The notes under the pieces are model-generated. The model made no database searches, had not been told where the DNA came from, and was given only the letters and a program-made list of their open reading frames with translations. Shown piece by piece: positions 19,761 to 31,144 of a stretch of 64,000 nt of DNA (the first letter of the stretch is position 1; every line of letters begins with the position of its first letter). Source of the DNA: an uncultured delta proteobacterium (lineage in GTDB: Bacteria; Myxococcota; Myxococcia; Myxococcales; Anaeromyxobacteraceae); NCBI GenBank assembly GCA_963828255.1, contig CAWHDZ010000021.1, positions 64,001 to 128,000 on the forward strand, in the 5' to 3' direction. The position numbers and the translations under genes are program-made.

Positions 19761-20564
19761 ATGTCCCGAGACCTAGACCTCGACCTGGCCCTCGCCACCG
19801 CCCGCCGCGCCGTGGAGGCTGCCTCGGCGGCCAGCCTGGCCCACTTCCGCCGCGGGGTCCGCGTCGAGGTGAAGCCGGACCGGACCCCCGTCACCGCCGC
19901 CGACCGGGACGCCGAGGCGGCGGTGGTGGCGACCGTCCGCGCGGCCTTCCCCACCCACGCCATCCTCGGGGAGGAGACCGGCGCCCACGCCGGCGACGCC
20001 GCCACCCGCTGGATCGTGGACCCCATCGACGGGACCCGCGGTTTCACCCGTGGTGGATCCTTCTGGGGGCCGCTGGTGGCGCTGGAGCACGAGGGGCGCG
20101 TGGTGGCCGGGGCCATGGCCATGCCTGCGCTCGGCGAGGCCTACTGGGCGGCCCGCGGGCGGGGCGCCTGGATGGCGCGCGACGGCGGCGAGCCCACCCG
20201 GCTGCAGGTCTCCGGGATCGCCGACTGGGCCGAGTCCTCCCTCTCCTTCGGCGAGTTCCGCGGCGTCTTCGCCCCCGAGCGCGAGCGGGCCGTGCTGGAT
20301 CTCTGCCGGTCGGCCGCCCAGGCCCGCTGCTACGGCGACCTGGCCGGTGCGGCCATGGTGCTCACCGGGCGGGCCGAGGCCTGGGTCGAGGCCGGGGTCC
20401 AGGTCTGGGACATCGCGCCGCTCCTGGTGCTCGCCGAGGAGGCCGGCGGACGGTTCACCGACCTCTCCGGGAAGACGACGGCGGCGTCCGGGAACTGCCT
20501 GCTCTCCAACGGCCGGGTGCACGACCACGTCCTGCGGGTGCTGGCCGGGGCGGGCCCGGCTTGA
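19761..20564 (+). CDS. Inositol monophosphatase family, probably histidinol-phosphatase (HisN-like)
   Basis: KPDRTPVTAAD, ILGEE, WIVDPIDGTRGF, WDIAP. Confidence 0.85.
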   Translation: MSRDLDLDLALATARRAVEAASAASLAHFRRGVRVEVKPDRTPVTAADRDAEAAVVATVRAAFPTHAILGEETGAHAGDAATRWIVDPIDGTRGFTRGGSFWGPLVALEHEGRVVAGAMAMPALGEAYWAARGRGAWMARDGGEPTRLQVSGIADWAESSLSFGEFRGVFAPERERAVLDLCRSAAQARCYGDLAGAAMVLTGRAEAWVEAGVQVWDIAPLLVLAEEAGGRFTDLSGKTTAASGNCLLSNGRVHDHVLRVLAGAGPA

Positions 20565-20570
20565 ACCGCA

Positions 20571-22055
20571 TCACGCGCCGGCGCGCCGGAAGAGGTCCAC
20601 CACGGCCCCCTCGCGACCGGCGGCACGGGCGCGGCCGCGCGACCACTCCCGCAGGGCCTTGATCTCCTCCTCGTAGGTCTTGAAGAGCGGCACCAGGTCC
20701 TGGGCGACGCGGCGCAGGTCGGCCATCTCGAGATCCCGCCCCTGCGCGAAGGCCCGGTGCATGGCTCCCACCACCACCTGCTCGAGCTCCGCGCCGGAGA
20801 AGTTCTCGCAGGCGTCGGCCAGCAGGGGCAGGTCGAACCGCTCCGGCGCGCGCCCGCGCTTGCGCAGGTGCAGGGCCAGGATGGCCCGGCGGGAGGCGGC
20901 GTCGGGGAGGTCCACGAAGAAGAGCTCGTCGAAGCGCCCGCGCCGGAGCAGCTCGGGCGGGAGGCGCGACACGTCGTTCGCGGTGGCCACGGCGAAGACC
21001 GCCCCGGCCCGCTCCTGCAGCCAGGTGGAGAAGGATCCCAGCAGCCGGGCGGCCCGCGAGTCGGAACCCTGCCCCGGCCCGCTCCCCGCGAAGGCCTTCT
21101 CGATCTCGTCCACCCAGACGGCCACCGGCGCCACCGCCTCGGCCGCGGCGAGCGCGCGGGCCAGGTTCTCCTCGGCTCCCTCGGCCGCTCCCATCACCCG
21201 GGGCAGGTCGAGCCGGAGCAGCGGAACCCCGAGCTGCGAGGCCGCGACCTTGGCGGCGAGCGACTTGCCGCACCCCTGCACGCCGACCAGCAGGACCCCG
21301 CGGGGCGCCGGGAGCCCGAAGCGCCGGGCCCCGGGGGCGAAGGCCTGGGCTCGCTCCTCCATCCACGCCTTGAAGCTCTCCAGCCCTCCCAGGGCGTCGG
21401 CCGCCTCGAGCGTCTCGACCAGCTCGAGCCCCAGGTCCCGGGAGAGGATGCGCTTCTTCTCCTCGAGCACCATGTCGGCGCCCTTCTGGCCCAGGGCCGG
21501 GTCGGCGTGGAGCGCCCGGAGGAAGGCCCGGCCGGCCTGCGTCTCGGTGAGCCCCCGGGCCGCCACCAGAACCCGGTGACGGTCCACCATGCTCTCCGCG
21601 CCCGGGGGCGCGAGGCCGTCGAGCAGCGCCGACAGCTCCACCTCTCCGGGGAGTGGCAGCCGCAGGACGGCCGCCTCGGAGGCGAGGCCGTCGGGCAGGA
21701 CCAGGCGGGGCGCGACGATGACCAGGCAGCGCCCCTCGGCGGTGAGTCGCGGGAGCGCGTCGCGGATGGTCCGCACCACGGAAGGGTCGGCGAGCGCCTC
21801 GTGGAAGTCGAGCAGCACGGCCATGAAGGGGGCCGGGGCCTTCAGGACGGCCTGGATGGCGGCGACGGGGGTCCGCGCCTCGGGGGCGATGGGCTCGAGC
21901 CCGCGCTCGCTCGACCAGACGGCCACGTTGGCGTCCTTCTCGTCGGCGGCGGCGCGGCAGACCGCCACCGCCCGGGCCTCCTCCACGGTGACGAGGTAGA
22001 GGATGGGCGTTCCCACCGCCCAGAGCTCCCCGACCTCCGCCTCGGGCGTCCTCAT
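20571..22055 (-). CDS. AAA+ ATPase, Ycf46-like
   Basis: GVQGCGKS Walker A, VWVDEIEK, ATAND..LPPELLRRGRFDELFFVDLP. ATG at 22055 overlaps the upstream stop. Confidence 0.88.
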   Translation of the reverse strand: MRTPEAEVGELWAVGTPILYLVTVEEARAVAVCRAAADEKDANVAVWSSERGLEPIAPEARTPVAAIQAVLKAPAPFMAVLLDFHEALADPSVVRTIRDALPRLTAEGRCLVIVAPRLVLPDGLASEAAVLRLPLPGEVELSALLDGLAPPGAESMVDRHRVLVAARGLTETQAGRAFLRALHADPALGQKGADMVLEEKKRILSRDLGLELVETLEAADALGGLESFKAWMEERAQAFAPGARRFGLPAPRGVLLVGVQGCGKSLAAKVAASQLGVPLLRLDLPRVMGAAEGAEENLARALAAAEAVAPVAVWVDEIEKAFAGSGPGQGSDSRAARLLGSFSTWLQERAGAVFAVATANDVSRLPPELLRRGRFDELFFVDLPDAASRRAILALHLRKRGRAPERFDLPLLADACENFSGAELEQVVVGAMHRAFAQGRDLEMADLRRVAQDLVPLFKTYEEEIKALREWSRGRARAAGREGAVVDLFRRAGA

Positions 22056-23875
22056 GCGCCCCCCTCCGAGTCCGCGGTGGAACGCATGGCCTCCTCGAAG
22101 GAGGTCGCCCCCGACGCCACCTTGAGGACGGCGTGCTCGCGGAGCGTGCGCAGCCCGTCCTGCCGTGCGGTGCGGGCCAGCACCTCGGGCGTCGCCGCCT
22201 CGGCGATGAGGTGGCGCAACCGGTGGTTCACGGCCAGGATCTCGTAGATCCCGGTGCGTCCGAAGTAGCCGGTGTAGCGGCACTTGGGGCAACCCAGGCC
22301 GCGCCGGGCGATGAGCTTGCCGGCGTGCTCCTCGGGGTGGCGCACGCCCAGCTCGGCCACCTGGTCGGCGGTGAGGAGCACGTCCTCGGCGCAGTTCGGG
22401 CACACCCCGCGGACCAGCCGCTGGGCGATCACGCCGGTGAGGGTGGCGGCGATGAGGAACCCCGGCACTCCCAGGTCGCGCAGGCGGGCCACCGCCCCCA
22501 CCGCGTCGCTGGTGTGGAGGGTGGTGAGCACGAGGTGGCCGGTGAGTGCCGCCTGGACGGCCTGCGTGGCGGTCTCCCCGTCCCGGACCTCCCCCACCAT
22601 GATCACGTCGGGGTCCTGGCGCAGGACGTGGCGCAGCGCCTCGGCGAAGCCCGTGCCGGTCTTGGGGTTGGCGGCGATCTGGTTGAACTCCTCGTGAACC
22701 ATCTCGATGGGATCCTCGATGGTCACGATGTTGATCTCGGGCGAGGCCAGCGCCTCCAGCGCCGAGTAGAGGGTGGTGGTCTTGCCCGACCCGGTGGGGC
22801 CGGTGACGACGACGAGGCCGTGCGGCCGCTCCAGCCAGCGCTCGAATCGGTCCCGCTCGTCGGGGAGGAAGCCCAGCTCGGAGAGGTCGCGCACCAGGAC
22901 CTGCTGGTCGAGGATGCGCACCACGATCTTGTCGCCAAAGGCGGTGGGAATCGTGGAGACGCGCAGCTCCATCTCGGTCTCGCCCCGCGCCGTGCGGATG
23001 CGCCCGTCCTGGGGGCGGCGGGCGGCGATGTCGAGGCGGCTCATGATCTTGAGCCGGTTGGCGATGGCGCCGTGCACGCTCTTGGGGATCCGGTAGACCG
23101 GGTGCAGGACCCCGTCGATGCGCATGCGGATGAGGGTCTCCTCCCGCCGGGGCTCGACGTGGATGTCGCTGGCCCGCTGCTCGAACGCGTAGTGGAAGAG
23201 GTACTCGACGGCGGCCACGATGGGCTCGCTCGAGGCCTCGAGCGCGTCCATGCCGGAGAGGTTGACGAACTGCTCCAGGTTGCTGACGTCCACCACCCCG
23301 CCGGTGACCTGGATCTGGGCTTCCTTGATCTGCTCCCTGAAGCCGTAGATCTCGGCGATGGCCCGGCTGATGTCGGACGGCGCGGAGAGCACCGGCTCGA
23401 TGGCCATGCCGGTGAGCCCGTGGAGGTTCTCGAAGAGCTCCTTGTCGAAAGGGTTGGCGGTGGCCACGACCAGCACGCCGTTCTTCTTCTCCAGCGGCAG
23501 CACCGCGTGCTTGCGGGCGAAGGGACGGGAGAGGGTCCGGGTGATGAGCTGCACGTCGAGCTTGAGGGGGTCGATCTTCACGTAGGGCAGGCCGATGGAC
23601 TCGGCCAGCGCCTTCGTGGCCCTGTCCTCGTCGACGCGATCGGCCTCGCGCCGTGCGTCGGAGAAGCCGAAGGAGGCCAGCAACTCGACGGGGGAGAGGT
23701 CGGCCCTGCGCAGCGCGCCACCTCCCCGCTGGGGGGTTTCCCGGAGCAGCCTGGCCCGCTGGACGTTCTCCCGTGCGGAGGCCGTGCGGTGGTCCTCCTC
23801 CCGCAGGATCCCCTTCTTCTGGAGCGCGTCGGCGACGAACTCCAGCGTGAAGTCGCTGGCGCGATGGCTTCGCAT
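22052..23875 (-). CDS. GspE/PilB-family secretion ATPase
   Basis: ASDIHVEP, PQDGR, GPTGSGKTTT, TIEDPIE, LRQDPDVIMVGEVRD, CPNC...CPKC. Confidence 0.93.
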   Translation of the reverse strand: MRSHRASDFTLEFVADALQKKGILREEDHRTASARENVQRARLLRETPQRGGGALRRADLSPVELLASFGFSDARREADRVDEDRATKALAESIGLPYVKIDPLKLDVQLITRTLSRPFARKHAVLPLEKKNGVLVVATANPFDKELFENLHGLTGMAIEPVLSAPSDISRAIAEIYGFREQIKEAQIQVTGGVVDVSNLEQFVNLSGMDALEASSEPIVAAVEYLFHYAFEQRASDIHVEPRREETLIRMRIDGVLHPVYRIPKSVHGAIANRLKIMSRLDIAARRPQDGRIRTARGETEMELRVSTIPTAFGDKIVVRILDQQVLVRDLSELGFLPDERDRFERWLERPHGLVVVTGPTGSGKTTTLYSALEALASPEINIVTIEDPIEMVHEEFNQIAANPKTGTGFAEALRHVLRQDPDVIMVGEVRDGETATQAVQAALTGHLVLTTLHTSDAVGAVARLRDLGVPGFLIAATLTGVIAQRLVRGVCPNCAEDVLLTADQVAELGVRHPEEHAGKLIARRGLGCPKCRYTGYFGRTGIYEILAVNHRLRHLIAEAATPEVLARTARQDGLRTLREHAVLKVASGATSFEEAMRSTADSEGGA

Positions 23876-23929
23876 GAACGCGAGGATCCTATCGCGACGC
23901 GCCCCGGGGGGCGAGGTTGCGACCCTTCC

Positions 23930-23980
23930 GCTATCTGGCGATTCCGCTGGTTCCGCGCGACCGCGCGGAGGTCAGATGGC
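23930..23980 (-). promoter_or_regulatory. Candidate bacterial SECIS element
   Basis: Stem TCCGCGC/GCGCGGA with loop GGTC; the loop starts after an 18-nt spacer 3' of the TGA. Possible lower stem GCCATCTG/CAGATAGC. Confidence 0.65.
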
Positions 23981-24184
23981 TCAACCGACCGGACCGCAGT
24001 TCGCCGAGGAGGCGGCCGAGCCGCCATCCCCGCCGGAGCGGGCCGCCGCCGGGCGGGAGATCTTCTTCTCGACCCGCTTCCCCTTGCAACTCGGGCAGCG
24101 GACGTCGTCCTCGTCGGAGCGGCGCATGACCAGCTCCTCGAAGGACCGGTCGCAGGCCTTGCAGGCGTACTCGTAGATGGGCAT
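23972..24184 (-). CDS. FmdB-family zinc-ribbon protein; probable selenoprotein if TGA 23981-23983 is Sec (otherwise it ends at 23981)
   Basis: MPIYEYACKAC...CPSC, Gly/Ser-rich tail, then CGPVG-TGA-GCC-ATC-TGA with a downstream hairpin. Confidence 0.85.
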
Positions 24185-24228
24185 CGGGAGTGGGAGCCCG
24201 CCGGGGTGGGAAGGGTTCGGCGCCGCCC

Positions 24229-24834
24229 CTACTTCTTCCGCTGGGTCTTCCCGCCGGACCTGGCCACCTTCTTCGGGGGCGGGGACATGTCCCCGCGGAG
24301 CCGGTCGGCCTCGCGATCGTAGAGCCGGATGGCCCCGCGAAGGACCTCCAGCGCCTCCGCCCTCCCCTGCGGCTCGCGGACCAGGACCTTCTTGTGCTCC
24401 AGCGCCTTGTAGTCCTCGAAGAAGCGCTTGAGCTCCCGCATCCGGTGGGTGGGCATCTCGGAGATGTCGGAGATGTCGGCGTACTCGGGGTCGTCGGCGG
24501 AGACGGCGACGAGCTTGTCGTCCTCCCCCTTGTCGTCCCGCATGCGCATCACGCCGATGACCTTGGCCTGCATGATGGCGAGCGGCACGATGTGCTCCTG
24601 GCAGTAGACCAGGATGTCGAGGGGGTCCCCGTCGTCGCAGTAGGTGCGGGGCACGAACCCGTAGTTGGCCGGGTAGTGGACGGCGCTGAAGAGGATGCGG
24701 TCCACGCGCAAGAGCCCGCTGGCCTTGTCCAGCTCGTACTTCACCTTGGAGCCGGTGGGGATCTCGATGATGGCCGGGATGGCCTCCTCCACGTAGCGGG
24801 GGAGTTCCACGTCGTGCCACGGGTGGAAGGACAT
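24229..24834 (-). CDS. ppa: Inorganic diphosphatase (family I)
   Basis: [40 protein letters not shown]. Confidence 0.96.
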   Translation of the reverse strand: MSFHPWHDVELPRYVEEAIPAIIEIPTGSKVKYELDKASGLLRVDRILFSAVHYPANYGFVPRTYCDDGDPLDILVYCQEHIVPLAIMQAKVIGVMRMRDDKGEDDKLVAVSADDPEYADISDISEMPTHRMRELKRFFEDYKALEHKKVLVREPQGRAEALEVLRGAIRLYDREADRLRGDMSPPPKKVARSGGKTQRKK

Positions 24835-24870
24835 TCGATTCTCCGGTGAGACGGGGAAGGCGGACCGGGG

Positions 24871-25761
24871 CTATCCCCGCTCCACCGGGGCTTCCTGCGT
24901 GACCTTGCTGCCGGGCGGCACCGCGTGGGTGAGCCAGACGTTTCCGCCGATGCTGGAGCCCTTGCCGATGACGATGCGACCCAGGATGGTGGCGCCCGAG
25001 TACATCACCACTTCATCCTCCACGATGGGGTGCCGGTCGATGCCCTTGATGGGTTTGCCGTGCTCGTCGAGGGGAAAGCTCTTCGCGCCCAGGGTCACGC
25101 CCTGGTAGATGCGCACGCGGTTGCCGATGACGCTGGTCTCGCCGATGACCACCCCGGTGCCGTGGTCGATGAAGAAGCGCTCCCCGATGCGAGCGCCCGG
25201 GTGGATGTCGATCCCGGTGATGGTGTGGGCGTACTCGGTGATGATGCGCGGGATGAGCGGCACGCCCAGGACGTGCAGCTCGTGGGCCATGCGCTGGTTC
25301 GTCACCGCGAAGATCCCCGGGTAGGCGAAGATGGCCTCGTCGCGGGTGCGCAGGGCGGGATCTCCCTCGAACGCCGCCTCCACGTCGCTCGCCACCAGGC
25401 GGCGCACCGCGGGCAGGCGGCCCACGAACTTCCGGGTGGCCTCGGAGGCGGCGACCGCGCAGTGGGCGCAGGCCTCGAAGTCGTGCTTCTCGGCGAAGGC
25501 GACGGCGCGACGGATCTCCTCGTCGAGCACCACCCGCATGCGGTCGAGGGTGGCGCCGATGTGGAAGGAGAGCGTGTCGCCGCGCAGGTCCTGGGTCCCG
25601 AAGTACCCCGGGAAGAAGAGCGACCGGACGTCCTCGACGATGGCGATGACCCGCTCGCGGGACGGCAGCACCATCCGGTAGTGGCCGGACAGCACGTGCT
25701 GGGCCTCGCGGCAGAGCTCGTCCACGATGGGCTGGATGGGGGAGTCGTCGGGCGGGGTCAT
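24871..25761 (-). CDS. cysE: Serine O-acetyltransferase (CysE/EpsC type)
   Basis: [38 protein letters not shown]. Confidence 0.92.
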   Translation of the reverse strand: MTPPDDSPIQPIVDELCREAQHVLSGHYRMVLPSRERVIAIVEDVRSLFFPGYFGTQDLRGDTLSFHIGATLDRMRVVLDEEIRRAVAFAEKHDFEACAHCAVAASEATRKFVGRLPAVRRLVASDVEAAFEGDPALRTRDEAIFAYPGIFAVTNQRMAHELHVLGVPLIPRIITEYAHTITGIDIHPGARIGERFFIDHGTGVVIGETSVIGNRVRIYQGVTLGAKSFPLDEHGKPIKGIDRHPIVEDEVVMYSGATILGRIVIGKGSSIGGNVWLTHAVPPGSKVTQEAPVERG

Positions 25762-27782
25762 TGGTTCCTCCGGGAGCCTGGATTCATACGTTCCTCGCCG
25801 TCCCCGGGCAACCTCCCCGCCTCCGGAGGGTGGAAGAACTCCCGGACCGCGCGGGCCTGGGCCTCCCCCAGCCCCTCGACCCGGGCGATCTCCTCCACGG
25901 TCGCGTCACGGACCCTGCGCAGGGATCCGAAGTGGCGGAGCAGCGCCTTGCGGCGCAGCTCCCCGATTCCGGGGATCTCGTCGAGTCCGGAGCGGAGCGT
26001 GCGGGCGCGCCGCAGCTTGCGGTGGAACTCGATGGCGAAGCGGTGGGCCTCGTCGCGGAGCCGCACCAGTAGATAAAGCTCGGCGGAGTTCTGCCGCAGC
26101 ACCACCGGGTCCTTGCGCCCCGGCAGGAAGACCCGCTCCGGCGTCCGCGCCGCCTCGGCCACGAACCCCTTGCCGGCCCGCTCGGCCGCATCGGCCAGCC
26201 CCGCGCTGCGGGCCGAGCGGCGCGACACGACCCGGGTGGTGGAGAGCGCCGCCACGTCGAGCGTCCGGCTCTTGGCGAGCCCCACCATCTGCACGAAGGG
26301 CAGCCCCGGGTTGCCCGGGTCGGGGCGGGTGGCGACCCCCAGGTCCTTGGCCGCCGCCAGCGCCGCCGACAGCTGCCCCTTGCCTCCGTCGATGACGAGA
26401 AGGTCGGGCATGGCCTCCTCGGCGAGCGCCCTCCGGAGCCTCCGGGTGATCACCTCGTGCAGCATGGCGAAGTCGTCCTGGCCGGCCACGCCCTTCACCC
26501 GGTAGCGCCGGTACCCCTCCTTGTCGGGCTCGCCGTCACGCATGGAGACGCCCGAGCCGACCGCCATCGACCCCTGGAAGGTGGAGATGTCGAAGCACTC
26601 CATCCAGCGCGGTTCCCGGTGGAGCGACAGCGCCCGGGTCAAGGCCGCCAGCGCATCGGAGCGCTTCACCCCCTCCTCGCGCCAGTTCTTGAACGACTGG
26701 ATGGCGTTCCGGTTGGCCACGTCGAGAAGGTCGGCCTTGGCCCCTCGCCGGGGGAAGAGGAGCCGCACCTTCCTTCCGCGCCGATCCGAGAGCACCTCGG
26801 CCAGCGCGTCGGCGTTCACGGGCTCGATGGGGAGCAGCACCTCGTCGGGGGGGTCGATCCGCTCGTAGTGGAGGGAAAGGAAGGAGGAGAGCAACTCGTC
26901 CCCGGGGAACTCCTGGCCGGAGAACGGGTAGGCCCGCGAGTCGAGGAGCTTCCCGCCGCGCATGGAGAGGACCTGGAAGACCAGGTCGGGCCCCTCGCGG
27001 TGGATGCCCAGCACGTCCCGGTCGGCCAGGTCGCCCATGAAGACCCGCTGGGTCTCCAGGCTGCGCTCCACGGCGCGCAGCTGGTCGCGCAGCCGGGCCG
27101 CCTCCTCGAACCTCGTGGCCGCGGCGGCCTCGCGCATGCGCTCCTGGAGGCGCCCGGTGAGCTCCCCTTCCCTCCCCTCCAGGAAGGCCACCGCGTCCTC
27201 CACGCTGCGCGCGTACTCGCCGTCGGGGAGCTCGTAGACGCAGGGGGCCGGGCAGCGGTGGATCTGGAAGAGGATGCAGGGGCGCTTGCGGTGGTCGAGG
27301 ACGTGGTCGGTGCAGGTGCGCAGCTGGAACCAGCGGTTCACGAGGCGCAGGGTCTCGCGGATGGAGCTGGCGCTGGAGTAGGGGCCGAACCAGCGCGCCC
27401 CGTCGTCCTTGCGCGCCCGGGCCCGGGCCACCTCGATGCGCGGGAAGGGGTGGCGCCGGTCGAGCCGGAGGACGATGAAGTCCTTGTCGTCCCGCAGCTG
27501 GACGTTGAAGCGGGGCCGGTGCTTCTTGATGAGCTCGTTCTCGAGGAGCACCGCCTCCTTCTCGGAGCGGGTCACGACGACGTCGATGTCGCCGAGCAGG
27601 TCGTCGAGCAGCGGGATGAAGTGCCGGTCGTCGCCCCCGGCGGCGTCGAAGTAGCTGCGGACCCGGGAGCGGAGCGATGAGGCCTTCCCCACGTAGACCA
27701 CCTTCGACTGGCGGTCCTTCATGAGGTACACGCCGGGCGCGGCGGGGAGCTCGTCGAGCTTCTTGCGGAGGGCGGGGTCCAC
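25758..27782 (-). CDS. uvrC: Excinuclease ABC subunit C
   Basis: GIY-YIG ([21 protein letters not shown]), [21 protein letters not shown], HhH. GTG at 27782 preferred over TTG at 27803. Confidence 0.96.
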   Translation of the reverse strand: MDPALRKKLDELPAAPGVYLMKDRQSKVVYVGKASSLRSRVRSYFDAAGGDDRHFIPLLDDLLGDIDVVVTRSEKEAVLLENELIKKHRPRFNVQLRDDKDFIVLRLDRRHPFPRIEVARARARKDDGARWFGPYSSASSIRETLRLVNRWFQLRTCTDHVLDHRKRPCILFQIHRCPAPCVYELPDGEYARSVEDAVAFLEGREGELTGRLQERMREAAAATRFEEAARLRDQLRAVERSLETQRVFMGDLADRDVLGIHREGPDLVFQVLSMRGGKLLDSRAYPFSGQEFPGDELLSSFLSLHYERIDPPDEVLLPIEPVNADALAEVLSDRRGRKVRLLFPRRGAKADLLDVANRNAIQSFKNWREEGVKRSDALAALTRALSLHREPRWMECFDISTFQGSMAVGSGVSMRDGEPDKEGYRRYRVKGVAGQDDFAMLHEVITRRLRRALAEEAMPDLLVIDGGKGQLSAALAAAKDLGVATRPDPGNPGLPFVQMVGLAKSRTLDVAALSTTRVVSRRSARSAGLADAAERAGKGFVAEAARTPERVFLPGRKDPVVLRQNSAELYLLVRLRDEAHRFAIEFHRKLRRARTLRSGLDEIPGIGELRRKALLRHFGSLRRVRDATVEEIARVEGLGEAQARAVREFFHPPEAGRLPGDGEERMNPGSRRNQ

Positions 27783-29004
27783 GGTCGGGGGAAGTGTAGC
27801 CAAGAACCTACGGCCGGGACAGGACGCCTCAGCGCATCGAACCGTACGTTCCGCGGACCTTCGGCCAGATGGGGCGTGCGCAAACGCCTCTATTGACAGC
27901 GTTTCCGTGAGATTTGCTTCCCGTGAAGCGGCGGCTGAAGGAATGCCCCTGTCGCTTCGCCACGGGCTCGCTGGGGCCCTTCCGGAATTCCTGGCGAGGT
28001 TCGAGATCTTCCGGCGGAAGGACGCGGCGGAGGGGATCCTCGTGCGTTCCAGGAGGCTCGAAACTCACGTGCGACAGTACTTTCATGACCGACGACACCC
28101 TTCTCGAGGCCCGCTCCTTCCACTCCCGGCTCATCGATCTCCTCCGGGTCGAGTTCGCCTCCCTGGGCGCCTTCCTCGAGGCGCTGGCGGAGTTCGACCG
28201 GCGAAAGCTCTTCCGCACCCTCGGCCACGCGGACCTCTTCGCCTATCTCCACAAGGGGCTGAAGCTCTCCCGCGCGGCGGCTCATCACCGGCGCGCCGCC
28301 GCCTGGCTGGTCCAGCGATTCCCAGAGGTTCTGCACCCGATCCGCGAGGGGAACCTGTGCTTCACAACAGCGGCGGAGCTGAAGCCCCGGACGGTGGTGC
28401 CGACGAGGACGGTTGTCACCCGGGTGGAGACGTCTCCGCCGGTGGGCCCGGTCGCGGAGGTGAAGCGGACGGTTCCGGAAATTCGCCCAGGCGAACTTTG
28501 GGCGCCCCGGACGGAGGTGGAGCGGACAGTCGTCGAGCCGATGACCGCCACGTCGAGCCGGATGCACGTGACCGTGTCGCGGGAGTTCCTGGCTCTCTTG
28601 AAGAAGGCAAAGGCGGGGGACTCCCACCGCAATCCAGGAGCGTCCGACGAGGAGGTCCTCACCGCGGCGCTGCTGTTGCTCATCGAGAAGCAGGCGAAGC
28701 GGAAGGCCTGCGTGCCGGCCGAGGTGAAACGTGAGGTCGTGAAGCGGGACGGGGGCAAGTGCCAGTGGAAGTTGGCCGATGGAGGAGTCTGCGGGGCGAC
28801 GGTGCGGCTGGAGGTGGACCACGTGGTTCCGCGCGGGAGGGGTGGCCCGTCGACGGTCGAGAACTGTAGATTGCTCTGCATGGGGCACAACCTGGAAGCG
28901 GCGCGGCAGGCGTACGGCGACGCGCACATGGACCTGTTCACCAGGGGTGGAGCAACCGGCGTCCCCCCACTGGCCAGGGAGGAGATCGTGCCGTACGGCG
29001 CCCC

Positions 29005-31092
<2,088 letters not shown>

Positions 31093-31144
31093 CGGACGAT
31101 CCTAACGCCCGGCGCCCCCGGGTTCAGCGGGACGGCGCCCGCGC

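Noticed and set aside
27893..27925. TTGACA as promoter for an extended HNH ORF starting at 27914
   Set aside because: No -10 at a suitable spacing, and the 57-aa extension looks non-coding; ATG 28085 is preferred.
31112..31128. LexA box upstream of uvrB (GTTCAGC)
   Set aside because: Matches only the right half of the Myxococcus-type LexA consensus; the left half is missing.
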